Source: an uncultured Desulfarculus sp.
GTDB taxonomy: Bacteria; Desulfobacterota; Desulfarculia; Desulfarculales; Desulfarculaceae
Reading direction: 5' to 3'
DNA: 64,000 bases
NCBI GenBank assembly: GCA_963665125.2
Contig: CAXXUK010000002.1
Location: forward strand, 736,001 to 800,000
The notes under the pieces are model-generated. The model had not been told where the DNA came from. It did no database searches and saw only the letters and a program-made list of their open reading frames with translations. Position numbers and translations under genes: made by a program. Positions within the stretch are counted from its first letter, which is position 1. Each line of letters opens with the position of its first letter. Of the stretch, positions 40,183 through 52,009 are shown one piece after another.

Positions 40183-40650
40183 TCAGAGTTTTCCGCGCAA
40201 CAGCATGTAAGCCAATAGGAACCCGCCCACGGTTATGGCCGAATCCGCCAGGTTGAACGCCGGGAATTGCCACCGGCCGTGATAGACCTGCACGAAGTCG
40301 ATGACCATGCCCAGGCGCAGCCGGTCGACCAGGTTGCCCACCGCACCGCCGCAGATCAGGGCAAGGGACCAAAGGGCCAGCTTGTGGCGGCCCCAGGGCC
40401 CCAAGGCCAAAACGATGCAAAAACCCAGGGCGGCCAGGCTGATGGCCACCAGGAACCAGCGTCCGCCGTTGACGGAGGCCAAAAAACCAAAGGCCGCGCC
40501 TTTGTTGTAGGCCAGTATCAGCCGTAACAGGCCGTCGATGATCGACACGCCGGCCTGGGGCAGGAACCTTACGATCAAGGCCTTGGTCAGCTGATCCAGG
40601 CCGACCACGGCCAAACCGATGATCAACAGGGTCGATATACGCCTCAGCAC
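40183..40650 (-). CDS. lspA: Signal peptidase II
   Basis: DQLTK, NKGAAFG, GNLVDR, VIDF, FNLADSAI. Confidence 0.96.
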   Translation of the reverse strand: MLRRISTLLIIGLAVVGLDQLTKALIVRFLPQAGVSIIDGLLRLILAYNKGAAFGFLASVNGGRWFLVAISLAALGFCIVLALGPWGRHKLALWSLALICGGAVGNLVDRLRLGMVIDFVQVYHGRWQFPAFNLADSAITVGGFLLAYMLLRGKL

Positions 40651-40653
40651 AGG

Positions 40654-43467
<2,814 letters not shown>

Positions 43468-43748
43468 GGTTCCATTCCTAATATGCCGCTAAAACGGCCC
43501 CAACCCAGGGCCGCAAATATTCTTATGCAGAATACAGGTTTGTACCATACGGGAGCGCCAAGTCAAGCCCGGCCCAACCCAATGCACGGGTTCCCAAAGA
43601 GGGGGGCAGCACTCAGAGCCCCAACAAACACCAGTGGCCCCGGACATACGGTATCCGTCATCGACTTGAGAGCAGGTTTTCTTTTTACGGCCTCGGTGCC
43701 CTTTCCTGCTCCGCGCTGATTCAAGCTTCCTGGAAAGCCAATATTTCC

Positions 43749-43805
43749 CTGGGGGGGAGACGGGGAGCCCCTTTCGACAAAGGTGGTCCCCGTCTCCCCC
43801 CCCAG
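43749..43805. repeat. REP-like long GC-rich palindrome
   Basis: CTGGGGGGGAGACGGGGA...CCTTT-CGAC-AAAGG...TCCCCGTCTCCCCCCCCAG. Confidence 0.7.
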
Positions 43806-43965
43806 ACCTCCTCTCCCCCCTCCAAATGACGTTGCCTCGAGTTGGGTCTGAGATGTCCTGGGATATGCTGGAACTTGTAGATGTTCAGTGCGCGTTGGCG
43901 GATGGGAACACCCGTCTCAAGCAGGATTACGCCATGACTCGGCGTGCGGGTTGTGCCACATGGCA

Positions 43966-44137
43966 GATTTGGGGCCGGTTGGGTCTGGCTATTCGCAGCA
44001 ATTAAACCCCAGATCTACGGACTGCTGGCCATGGATGGCCAGCCCGGCGCGGCGCGCTAGCCACGCGCCGTAAGCCCCGGATCGGATTTACTCCGTCCGG
44101 GGCGCTGCAACTTGGCCCAAGGGCGGGCCAAGTTGCA
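43966..44137. other. Cluster of consecutive hairpins (structured RNA or REPIN-like element)
   Basis: Stems at about 43966-44016, 44024-44043, 44045-44070, 44074-44103 and 44106-44137. Confidence 0.6.
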
Positions 44138-44237
44138 AGAAATCCCAGGCCGAATCGTTCGGCGCATTTGGCTTGACTGGGGGGGCGGCGGACGCTAGGC
44201 TTTGTCAGACAAAAAGGCACGAGATAAAGGGGCTTAG

Positions 44238-45593
44238 GTGGGCATATTAAGTAAGTTTTTCGGCAAGGAAAAAACCAGGGACCGGCTGTTTGTCTTGAGC
44301 ATCGACGGCCTGCCCCATTCGTTTTTGACCCAGCCAAGGGGCGAGGCCCTGATGCCCAATCTCGTTGGGCTGACCGACGATGGAGCTTTCGGCCGGATGA
44401 ACTCGGTCCTGCCCACGGTGAGCAGTGTGGCCTGGGCCTGTTACGCCACCGGCGTAAATCCCGGCAAACACGGCGTTTTCGGCTTTGTGGACCGCCAGCC
44501 CAGCCCCTTTGAGACCTGGGTGCCCACGGCCAGGGATTTGAAGGCACCGGCCATCTGGGACCTCATGGGACGCACGGGCAAGGAAGTGGGTGTGATCAAC
44601 GTGCCGCTTTCGTATCCGCCCAAACAGGTCAACGGATTCATGATCAGCGGTTTTCTGAGCCCGGACGTGGCAAGCGCGGTGTATCCCATGGATCTGGCGC
44701 CCCGGCTGATTGAGCTTGATTACCGCATCGAGGCCGATACATCCCTGGCCGCCCAGGACCCCACGGCCTATCTGGCCGATCTGGGCGAAACCATGGGACG
44801 GCGCTTCAACGCGGCGTTTCAACTCATGCTCTCGCAGTCGTGGGACTTTTTCCATCTGCATATCATGGGCGGCGACCGGGTCAACCATTTCTATTGGGGC
44901 CAGTGGGAAGACGGCGGACCGGCAGCGGCCGGATTCGATGATTTTTACCGCCGCCTGGATTCGTACATCGGCGAACTGGCCCAACACCTGCCGCCCGGCT
45001 GCCGCTTGATGGTTTTGAGCGAGCACGGCTTCACCAGGGCCAAGGGCACGGTGTTCGTCAACCGCTGGCTGGAGGAAAACGGCTATCTTCACTTCAGTCG
45101 GGGCCGCAAGGAACTGCGCAACATGCACCCCGAGAGCAAGGCCTACAGCCTGGTGCCGGGCCGCATCTATATAAATCTGGAGGGCCGGGAAGAACGGGGC
45201 CGCGTCGCCAACGGCAAGCCCTATGAAGAGCTGCGGGAGGAGCTTGTCAACCGCCTGAGCGGCTTGCCTCATCCCGAAACCGGCCAGCCCGTGCTGGGCC
45301 GGGTCTTCCGGCGCGAGGAGATCTACAGCGGCCCGCACATCAGCCGGGCCCCGGATCTGATCATCGAACCCCTGAACGGCTACGACCTCAAGGCCAACCT
45401 CACCGGCCCTGGCGTGGTGGGCCCGCCAGAGCTTTCTGGGGTGCACACCTTTGACGACGCCTTCCTGTACATCGGCGGCAGCCAGACGCCCCTGGAGGAC
45501 GGACGGTTCTCCATCCTGGACGTGACGCCCACGGTTTTAAAGCTGATGAACATCGCCGCCCCCCAAAACATGGACGGCCGGTCCCTGTTATGA
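44238..45593 (+). CDS. Alkaline phosphatase superfamily phosphodiesterase/nucleotide pyrophosphatase-like protein
   Basis: VLSIDG, SVLPTVSSVAW..ATGVNPGKHGVFGF, VLSEHGF, LDVTPTVL..MDGRSL. Confidence 0.85.
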   Translation: MGILSKFFGKEKTRDRLFVLSIDGLPHSFLTQPRGEALMPNLVGLTDDGAFGRMNSVLPTVSSVAWACYATGVNPGKHGVFGFVDRQPSPFETWVPTARDLKAPAIWDLMGRTGKEVGVINVPLSYPPKQVNGFMISGFLSPDVASAVYPMDLAPRLIELDYRIEADTSLAAQDPTAYLADLGETMGRRFNAAFQLMLSQSWDFFHLHIMGGDRVNHFYWGQWEDGGPAAAGFDDFYRRLDSYIGELAQHLPPGCRLMVLSEHGFTRAKGTVFVNRWLEENGYLHFSRGRKELRNMHPESKAYSLVPGRIYINLEGREERGRVANGKPYEELREELVNRLSGLPHPETGQPVLGRVFRREEIYSGPHISRAPDLIIEPLNGYDLKANLTGPGVVGPPELSGVHTFDDAFLYIGGSQTPLEDGRFSILDVTPTVLKLMNIAAPQNMDGRSLL

Positions 45594-46210
45594 GCGGGGC
45601 CTTCACGGTCTGGCTCACCGGCCCGCCCGCATCGGGCAAAACCACCCTGGCGGTCCTGCTGGCCGAGGCCCTGGAGGCGGCCGGGTTGGAAGTGCAGGTC
45701 CTGGACTGCGGCAGGCTGCACCGGGATTTCTTTCCGGGCGTGGTTTTCAGCCGCGAGGAACGCTCCCTGGTCACCCTGCGCATGGCCCGGTTGGCCCGGA
45801 TGCTCAATAAACACAATGTCTGCTGCGTGGTCTGTCAGATCGCGCCGTATGCCGCCGACCGTCTGGAGGCCCGGCGCATGATCGGCGAATATGTCGAGGC
45901 TCATCTGGACTGCCCCCTGGAGCAACTGGTCAACCGCGACCAAAGCGGCATCTACGCCAGGGCCCTGGCCGGAGAGGCCAAGGGCGTCACCGGAGTGGAC
46001 GATCCATACGAGGCCCCGGAAGACCCCGAAGTCGTTTGCCCCACCGACCGCCAGACGCCCAGACAAAGCACGGCGGCCATTCTGAATTATCTGTTGGAAG
46101 CCGGTTTGCTGGAGGGCGGGGTTGACCCGAACCCGGATGAAGGTCCGGCCTATACGCCCGAGCAGGAAAAAATTATTCGCCAGCGCCTGGCCGACCTGGG
46201 CTATATTTAG
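45590..46210 (+). CDS. cysC: Adenylyl-sulfate kinase-like protein
   Basis: VWLTGPPASGKTT, GIYARA..TGVDDPYEAP; tail RLADLGYI. Confidence 0.8.
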   Translation: MSGAFTVWLTGPPASGKTTLAVLLAEALEAAGLEVQVLDCGRLHRDFFPGVVFSREERSLVTLRMARLARMLNKHNVCCVVCQIAPYAADRLEARRMIGEYVEAHLDCPLEQLVNRDQSGIYARALAGEAKGVTGVDDPYEAPEDPEVVCPTDRQTPRQSTAAILNYLLEAGLLEGGVDPNPDEGPAYTPEQEKIIRQRLADLGYI

Positions 46211-46258
46211 ACACTCAATTCAAATGTACTGATCAGACCTTCCAGGGGAGGCAAGGGC

Positions 46259-46609
46259 ATGAAAAGGTTCCTAGCGTTTCTTTTTGTCACGGCGCTGATG
46301 CTGATGGTTGGAAGCGCCGCTTTTGTCCAAGCCTAAGAGATTACGGGCGCGGTGAAGATCAATATCGTCTCGGACGTTGACGGCGCTCCATTGCCCGGCG
46401 TGGAATGCACCCTGAACTCTAGCTCGTTCAACCGCACGGTCGTAACCAATAGCGCGGGCATTGCGCTTTTCAGGGGGGTGAAGCCGGGCTGCTATTACCA
46501 GTTCAAGGCGACCTTGCCCGGCTTTGAAATCTATATCCGCGATGGCGTGATGGTTTCAATTGGCCAAACCATCACGTTTGATGTACGGCTGAAGTTGGCG
46601 AATCAATAG
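46259..46609 (+). pseudogene. Secreted carboxypeptidase-regulatory-like (beta-sandwich) domain gene with in-frame TAA at 46334
   Basis: Reads MKRFLAFLFVTALMLMVGSAAFVQA*EITGAVKINIVSDVDGAPLPGV...RTVVTNSAG. Confidence 0.72.
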
Positions 46610-46616
46610 GCCCGGA

Positions 46617-47129
46617 TTAGAAACCTTCCTGGATAGCCTTTTCCACGGCCGGGATGTCGATGCTCAGCTCCTGCATGCCGATGATCTTGCCCCGGCTGTT
46701 CACAACGATCACCGTGGGCGTGGCGTCCAGCTCAAGGGCCTCGGCCAGGGGTTCGGCGTCGTTTGGTCCGCTGTCGAGGATCACCGGGCCGGGCAGAGCG
46801 TTTTTATGGGCATAGGCCTTGGCGGCCGGGGCCATGGCCGGGCCGTCGCAGTTGATCATGATCAGTTTGAACGGGTTGCCGTCGTAGCGCCGGGCCAATT
46901 CCAGCAGGCCGGGGGTGTACTTGCGGCAATAGGGACATGACACCGACCAGTAGATGATCAGGCCCACCTTGCCTTCCAAATCCGTTTTCAGGTCGTGACT
47001 GCCGCCGTCGGTGTCGGGCAGGTTAAGCGCGGGCAGTTCTCCGCCGGGCGCGACCATGGCCGCAGCGGGCCCGGCCAGAATCAGCGCTACGCAAAAAATA
47101 AAAATTCCACCAATCAGTGCCTTGAACAT
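46617..47129 (-). CDS. TlpA/redoxin-family thioredoxin-like protein
   Basis: Signal peptide, WSVSCPYC, TPTVIVVN. Confidence 0.85.
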   Translation of the reverse strand: MFKALIGGIFIFCVALILAGPAAAMVAPGGELPALNLPDTDGGSHDLKTDLEGKVGLIIYWSVSCPYCRKYTPGLLELARRYDGNPFKLIMINCDGPAMAPAAKAYAHKNALPGPVILDSGPNDAEPLAEALELDATPTVIVVNSRGKIIGMQELSIDIPAVEKAIQEGF

Positions 47130-47248
47130 GAATCGCCCTCATGGCTTACTATGAACATTGTTAACACAAAAGGCTCCGGCGGCTCCGCCTTCACTCTAGC
47201 AGAGGCCATGGCGGCATGCAAAGCCGACAACGGCCGCAAGGCTCGCGG

Positions 47249-48055
47249 ATGATCAAAATCAGCCAGTATGAACAAGTAACCCAGTATCTGCTGGGCACCG
47301 AGCACGACGGCAACGTGCTTTACTGGTGCGCCTGCTACCAGATCGACGACCTGCTCATCGACACCGGCCACCCCCACGGCGCGGCCGAGCTGTTAAAGGC
47401 CCTGGACGGCCGGGGCGTCAAGCGGGCCGTGATCACCCACCACCACGAGGACCATATCGGAGCCAACGCCCTGCTGCGCGATGAACTGGGCGTGGAACTG
47501 TTCGCTCCGGAAAGCTCCCTGGAACTGATCGAAAAGGGCTTTCCCCTGAAATTCTACCAGGAGTTGGTCTGGGGCCATCCCCAATCCAGCAGGCCGCGGC
47601 CCCTGGGCGATACGGTGTCCACGGCCAACTACAGCCTGCAAGTCATCCCGGCGCCGGGTCACAGCCACGACCATGTCATCTTCTTCGAGCCCCGCAAACG
47701 CTGGGCCTTTACCGGCGACGTTTATTTCGTCCTGGAGCCAAAGACCGCCCGGGCCGATGAAAATTTCGCCCAGGGCCTGGAATCATTAAAGCGCCTGCGG
47801 GCCCTGGAGCCAGAGGTGCTGTTCACCGGCCTGGGCGATATCGTCACAGATGCCTCCGGGGCCCTGGACCATTGCATTGCCTATCTGGAGCGTACGGCCG
47901 CTGAAATCGCCGCCTTGGCCGCCGACGGCCTGGAGCCCCCGCTGATTGTGGAACGGCTGTTCGGCCGGGAGAGCAGCCTGCGCGAAATGACCGAAGGCCA
48001 CATGTCATACGAGAACTTTGTAAAGGCCTTTACCGAACAGGAAAAAACCACCTGA
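47249..48055 (+). CDS. Metallo-beta-lactamase fold hydrolase
   Basis: LIDTG, THHHEDHIG, PGHSHDH, FTGD. Confidence 0.88.
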   Translation: MIKISQYEQVTQYLLGTEHDGNVLYWCACYQIDDLLIDTGHPHGAAELLKALDGRGVKRAVITHHHEDHIGANALLRDELGVELFAPESSLELIEKGFPLKFYQELVWGHPQSSRPRPLGDTVSTANYSLQVIPAPGHSHDHVIFFEPRKRWAFTGDVYFVLEPKTARADENFAQGLESLKRLRALEPEVLFTGLGDIVTDASGALDHCIAYLERTAAEIAALAADGLEPPLIVERLFGRESSLREMTEGHMSYENFVKAFTEQEKTT

Positions 48056-48179
48056 GCGCTTGCAAAGCGTCTTGTATTCGGAGTTGCCGGCAAAGTAAAT
48101 TAGAAAACCGGAAGGATCACGGGCGCGTCAGCCCTCAAGCGCCCCCGGATTTAAATTAAAACCAAGGGAGGAGACCACA

Positions 48180-48929
48180 GTGTTGAAAAAGAGTTTGAGC
48201 ATGCTGACCGTCGTGCTGTTTGCCGCCATGTGTCTATGCGCGGCGGCAGTGGCCGCCGACACCGCCGCCATGATGAAACAGGCGGATGATGCCTGGGCCC
48301 AAAGGGCCGACAAGGCCAAGACCCAGGAAGCCGCCGATCTGTACGAAGCTATTTTGGTCGAAGAGCCCACCAACTATGACGCTGCCTGGAAGGCCGCCAA
48401 GGCCCTCTACCGGGTCGGCGACAAGGGACCCGACGACGCCAAGGAAGCCACCTTTGAAAAGGCCGTGAATTTGGCCAAAAAAGCCGTGCAGATCAAACCA
48501 GACGATCCCATGGGCCACTACTGGCTGGGCGTTGTCTACGGCCAGTACGGCAAGGCCAAGGGCATCAGCAAGAGCCTGAGCCTGGTCGATCCCATCAAGG
48601 AAGAGATGGCCTTTGTCATTAGCAAGGACCCCAAATTTGAAGGCGGCGGCGCCCAGCGCGTTCTGGGCCGTTTGTACTTCAAGCTGCCCGGCCTGTTCGG
48701 CGGCGACAATGACAAGTCCATCGAATACCTCGAGGAAGCCGTCAAGATCGGCCCCAACTACTACCTGAATCACGTATTCCTGGCCGAAACCCTGGCCGAC
48801 GAGGGCGAGGATGAGCGCGCCGAGAAACTGCTGAACCAAGTAATCAACGCCAATGATCCTCCCGCTGGTTTGGAGCCGGAAATGGCCGACTGGAAAGCCG
48901 AGGCCAAGCGCGTGCTGGAAGACATGTAG
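48180..48929 (+). CDS. Exported TPR protein (TatT-like)
   Basis: Signal peptide; TPR helices; GGAQRVLGRLYFKLPG..GGD. Confidence 0.75.
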   Translation: MLKKSLSMLTVVLFAAMCLCAAAVAADTAAMMKQADDAWAQRADKAKTQEAADLYEAILVEEPTNYDAAWKAAKALYRVGDKGPDDAKEATFEKAVNLAKKAVQIKPDDPMGHYWLGVVYGQYGKAKGISKSLSLVDPIKEEMAFVISKDPKFEGGGAQRVLGRLYFKLPGLFGGDNDKSIEYLEEAVKIGPNYYLNHVFLAETLADEGEDERAEKLLNQVINANDPPAGLEPEMADWKAEAKRVLEDM

Positions 48930-49011
48930 CACGTCACCGGTTTTTATAGGACAATAAAGGACCGGCTCCGATGTGGGGCCGGTCCTCCTATTTCAGCCCA
49001 GGGAAGCAACT

Positions 49012-49206
49012 ATGCGCAAACCAGTTTTGGACATCGCCGAATGCACCATGTGCGAAGGCTGCCTGGCCGTGGCCCCCGAAGTGTTTGAACTTAACCCTGC
49101 CGGAGGGTACATTGAAGTCAGGGATCTGGAGCAATATCCCGAAGACGCCGTGCAGGAGGCCATTGCCGTCTGCCCGGCCGGGTGTATCCAATGGCAGGAG
49201 GACTAA
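49012..49206 (+). CDS. Single-cluster ferredoxin
   Basis: CTMCEGC..APEVF...CPAGCI. Confidence 0.9.
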   Translation: MRKPVLDIAECTMCEGCLAVAPEVFELNPAGGYIEVRDLEQYPEDAVQEAIAVCPAGCIQWQED

Positions 49207-49212
49207 AAGCGC

Positions 49213-49824
49213 ATGAAACAGTGGAAATGCACGGTCTGCGGCTATATCCACCAAGGCAAGTACCCGCCTGAAAAATGCCCCCAGTGCGGGGCGGACATCA
49301 ACCGTTTCATCCTTCTGGAGGAGTTGCCCGCCGAGCTTGAAAAGATGCTCCGGGAGGCCTTTGCCGGGGAGGCCAAGGCCCATGTGCGCAACCTGGCTTT
49401 CGCCCGCCAGGCCAGGGCCGAAGGCTATGAAGACATCGCCAGGCTGTTCGAGGCCGTGGCCGAGGCCGAGCGGGTTCATGCCGATGAATACCTGGTGTTT
49501 TTGCAGGGGGTCGTTGGTTCAACCGAGGAAAACCTGAAAAGGGCCTTTGAAAACGAGATGGCCGCCAAACAGGATTATTATCCGCCGATCATCAAACAGG
49601 CCTTTGACCAAAAGCGCGAGGACGTGGCCTACGCCCTGGTCCGGGCCAGGGACGTGGAGGGGCGTCACGCCCAGCTCTACAAGGAAGCTCTGAACGCCAT
49701 GGTCAACGACCGTGAGCTGACCTACCATGTCTGCGAGGTCTGCGGATACGTGTTCGACGATGAACCGCCCGAGGAATGCCCGGTGTGCCGGGCGGCCAGG
49801 GCCACCTTCAAGCGCATAGGTTAA
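49213..49824 (+). CDS. Rubrerythrin with N- and C-terminal rubredoxin-like domains
   Basis: WKCTVCGY..CPQC, AFAGEA, EAERVHA, EGRHA, CEVCGY..CPVC. Confidence 0.92.
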   Translation: MKQWKCTVCGYIHQGKYPPEKCPQCGADINRFILLEELPAELEKMLREAFAGEAKAHVRNLAFARQARAEGYEDIARLFEAVAEAERVHADEYLVFLQGVVGSTEENLKRAFENEMAAKQDYYPPIIKQAFDQKREDVAYALVRARDVEGRHAQLYKEALNAMVNDRELTYHVCEVCGYVFDDEPPEECPVCRAARATFKRIG

Positions 49825-50982
49825 ATGGTTGCGGCCATGAGCGACGCCTCGCCCATCGAATTCGTCCGTTTGCTCAAGGACCAGGCCTGCGGCAAGGGCC
49901 TGTGCAATGCGGCCTTTTTCGTGGGCTCGGGCTTTTCCAAGGCCTGGGATAGCCGCTCACCGGGCAGCAGCGAGTTGTTCACCATCGACGTGGCTCAACT
50001 GGATGTGGACCGGCGTCTGCCCCGGCTGATGTCCTATCTGGAATCCCACGGCTACGAGGCCGCCCCGCGCATAACCCCGGCCATGCTCAAGGACCTTATC
50101 TATCAGCTCAACATGCAGCTCAAGTATCCGGAGATCCGCAGCCGCTATGTTGACGACCAGAATCTGCACCTGGTCCAAAACGAGATCAAGGCCCTGATCC
50201 ATCTGAACTTTGAGCAATCACTGCCATTGGACTACTGGGACGAGAATTTGGGCAAGCTGCCATTGCCGGAAAGGCCTTCGGGGAACCAGAGCGCCATCCT
50301 GGACTTCTTCCGCCTGATCGATTCCCTGGAGGACTGCACGGCCCCCTGGCCCAGGGGCGTGCGGCATCATTTCATCACCACCAACTATGATTTTATTATC
50401 GAAACCATCCTCGACGGCGTTTTGCCGCCCCAGGAAAGCTATCACCGCCACAGCTACCGGGGATTCACGCCGGGCAGCGTCTCGGGCCGCAGCGACATCC
50501 CCGGCGTGCAGGCCCATTGGATGGTGGATCAGCTTCTGAAGATCAACGGAGGGTTCGAGATCCTGCGCGGCGACACGGGCAACTACTGCCTGGAATACCG
50601 CCGCCGCAGCCTGGAGCAGGTGGCCGCCCACGCGCCCATCATCATGCCGCCCAGCCGGGAGCAGAACTACGATGACCCGTATTTCCGGGCCCTGTTCACC
50701 AAGGCCGTGCGCCTGTTGCAGGAATGCCAGATTCTGGTCATCGTGGGCTACAGCTTTACGGTGGAAGACTCGCTGCTGCGCTTTTTGCTGCGCCAGTTCG
50801 CCGAAACGGCCGCCGACGCCCGCAACAAGGTGATCTTTTATGTGGGCCGCACCAAGAGCGCGTCCCAAAAAGACAAGATCACCGCCGTGTTCCCCTGGTT
50901 TCAGCAATCCGGCCCGGAACGCATCTTCACCTACAGCAAGGGTTTCACCAATTGGGCCAAGGCCGTACTCAGCGAGATGTGA
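49825..50982 (+). CDS. SIR2-like domain protein
   Basis: FFVGSGFSK, FITTNYD, LLKINGG, LVIVGYSF..D. Confidence 0.8.
   Translation: MVAAMSDASPIEFVRLLKDQACGKGLCNAAFFVGSGFSKAWDSRSPGSSELFTIDVAQLDVDRRLPRLMSYLESHGYEAAPRITPAMLKDLIYQLNMQLKYPEIRSRYVDDQNLHLVQNEIKALIHLNFEQSLPLDYWDENLGKLPLPERPSGNQSAILDFFRLIDSLEDCTAPWPRGVRHHFITTNYDFIIETILDGVLPPQESYHRHSYRGFTPGSVSGRSDIPGVQAHWMVDQLLKINGGFEILRGDTGNYCLEYRRRSLEQVAAHAPIIMPPSREQNYDDPYFRALFTKAVRLLQECQILVIVGYSFTVEDSLLRFLLRQFAETAADARNKVIFYVGRTKSASQKDKITAVFPWFQQSGPERIFTYSKGFTNWAKAVLSEM
50941..50978 (+). repeat. Direct repeat copy 1 (3' end of the SIR2-like gene)
   Basis: GGTTTCACCAATTGGGCCAAGGCCGTACTCAGCGAGAT. Confidence 0.85.
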
Positions 50983-50998
50983 AGAAGCTATAAAGACA

Positions 50999-52009
50999 AT
51001 GAAAGTTTATAAGTACCGCAGTCATCAATATTTGAAAGAATATCTAAAAGATATTGGTGGTAATAGAGCTTGGTTCGCTAAAATTTCCTCTCTGAATGAT
51101 CCCTCCGAAGCAAAGATTAATAAACGTGGTGATTTTTTTGACCTTTCAAAAGAAATCGCTTTTTTATTAGAGATTGGTGATAAAGGAAGTGTAGGTCAGT
51201 CCGCAATTAATGTGTCAGAGCAGTTTGCTAAGCTCCTTTGTCAAATCAAGCATTATGGAGTTTATTCAACTAGTAAAAGATGGGATGACGAAATTATGTG
51301 GGCGTGCTATGCGGATTCTCACAAGGGGATTTGTATAGAGTATGACCTAGAGTGGCTATTAACTTTTCACTGCCAAAAAACAATGTATTCAGTAGATGTT
51401 AACTATCAAGAATTCGTACCGGTAATTGATTTGTTAAAATGTGTGATGGAGCAACCCCAAAATATAATTTGGTTGTTGAAGAAAATAATAGGCGTGAAAT
51501 CAATATCATGGCAGCACGAGGATGAATTGAGATTGCTTGCTGAGCCCCATGGTTCAGTTGAATATGATTTCCGAGCTATAACGGCAATATATTTTGGTTG
51601 TAAAGCTGAAAGTGAACTCAGACTATCCGTAATGGAAACCTTTAAAGACAGAGATATTGATTATTATTTAGTAGAACCAGAAAGATATTCGTATACTTTT
51701 AAACGCACAGAAGTGCCTGATCCATTTACAAGTAAAAACAGATATCCATATTCTGTTGCTCCCGTAGAGCAACATGCAATATTGATAACAGAAGAAACGC
51801 GCCCCTATGAAAGGTTAATTAATAAAGCGGTTGAATTAGTATGCCAATCTCAACTTTGCAAACAAGTTGATTTTGCAGAAGTTTATTTTTCCAAAGATAC
51901 TAAAAAGATTCCAACTGTTTATATTGATTTCAGAGACCAGTTGAATGAAGTGAGAAGGTGGATCATTTCAGAGGAGCTAATAGATATACATAACCAGAGA
52001 TCATCATAA
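50999..52009 (+). CDS. DUF2971-family protein, AT-rich and probably horizontally acquired
   Basis: VYKYRS, LNDPSE, IMWACYADSHKGICIEYD, KSISWQHEDELR, IYFGCK; abrupt GC drop; start at ATG 50999. Confidence 0.85.
   Translation: MKVYKYRSHQYLKEYLKDIGGNRAWFAKISSLNDPSEAKINKRGDFFDLSKEIAFLLEIGDKGSVGQSAINVSEQFAKLLCQIKHYGVYSTSKRWDDEIMWACYADSHKGICIEYDLEWLLTFHCQKTMYSVDVNYQEFVPVIDLLKCVMEQPQNIIWLLKKIIGVKSISWQHEDELRLLAEPHGSVEYDFRAITAIYFGCKAESELRLSVMETFKDRDIDYYLVEPERYSYTFKRTEVPDPFTSKNRYPYSVAPVEQHAILITEETRPYERLINKAVELVCQSQLCKQVDFAEVYFSKDTKKIPTVYIDFRDQLNEVRRWIISEELIDIHNQRSS

Noticed and set aside
43468..43745. Possible T-box leader upstream of ileS
   Set aside because: No GGTGGNACC T-box motif seen on the minus strand, and a sigma70-like promoter (43539-43566) lies close to the start.
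44179..44185. G7 tract in a promoter spacer as a phase-variation switch
   Set aside because: Too short to be persuasive in a GC-rich genome without read-level length variation.
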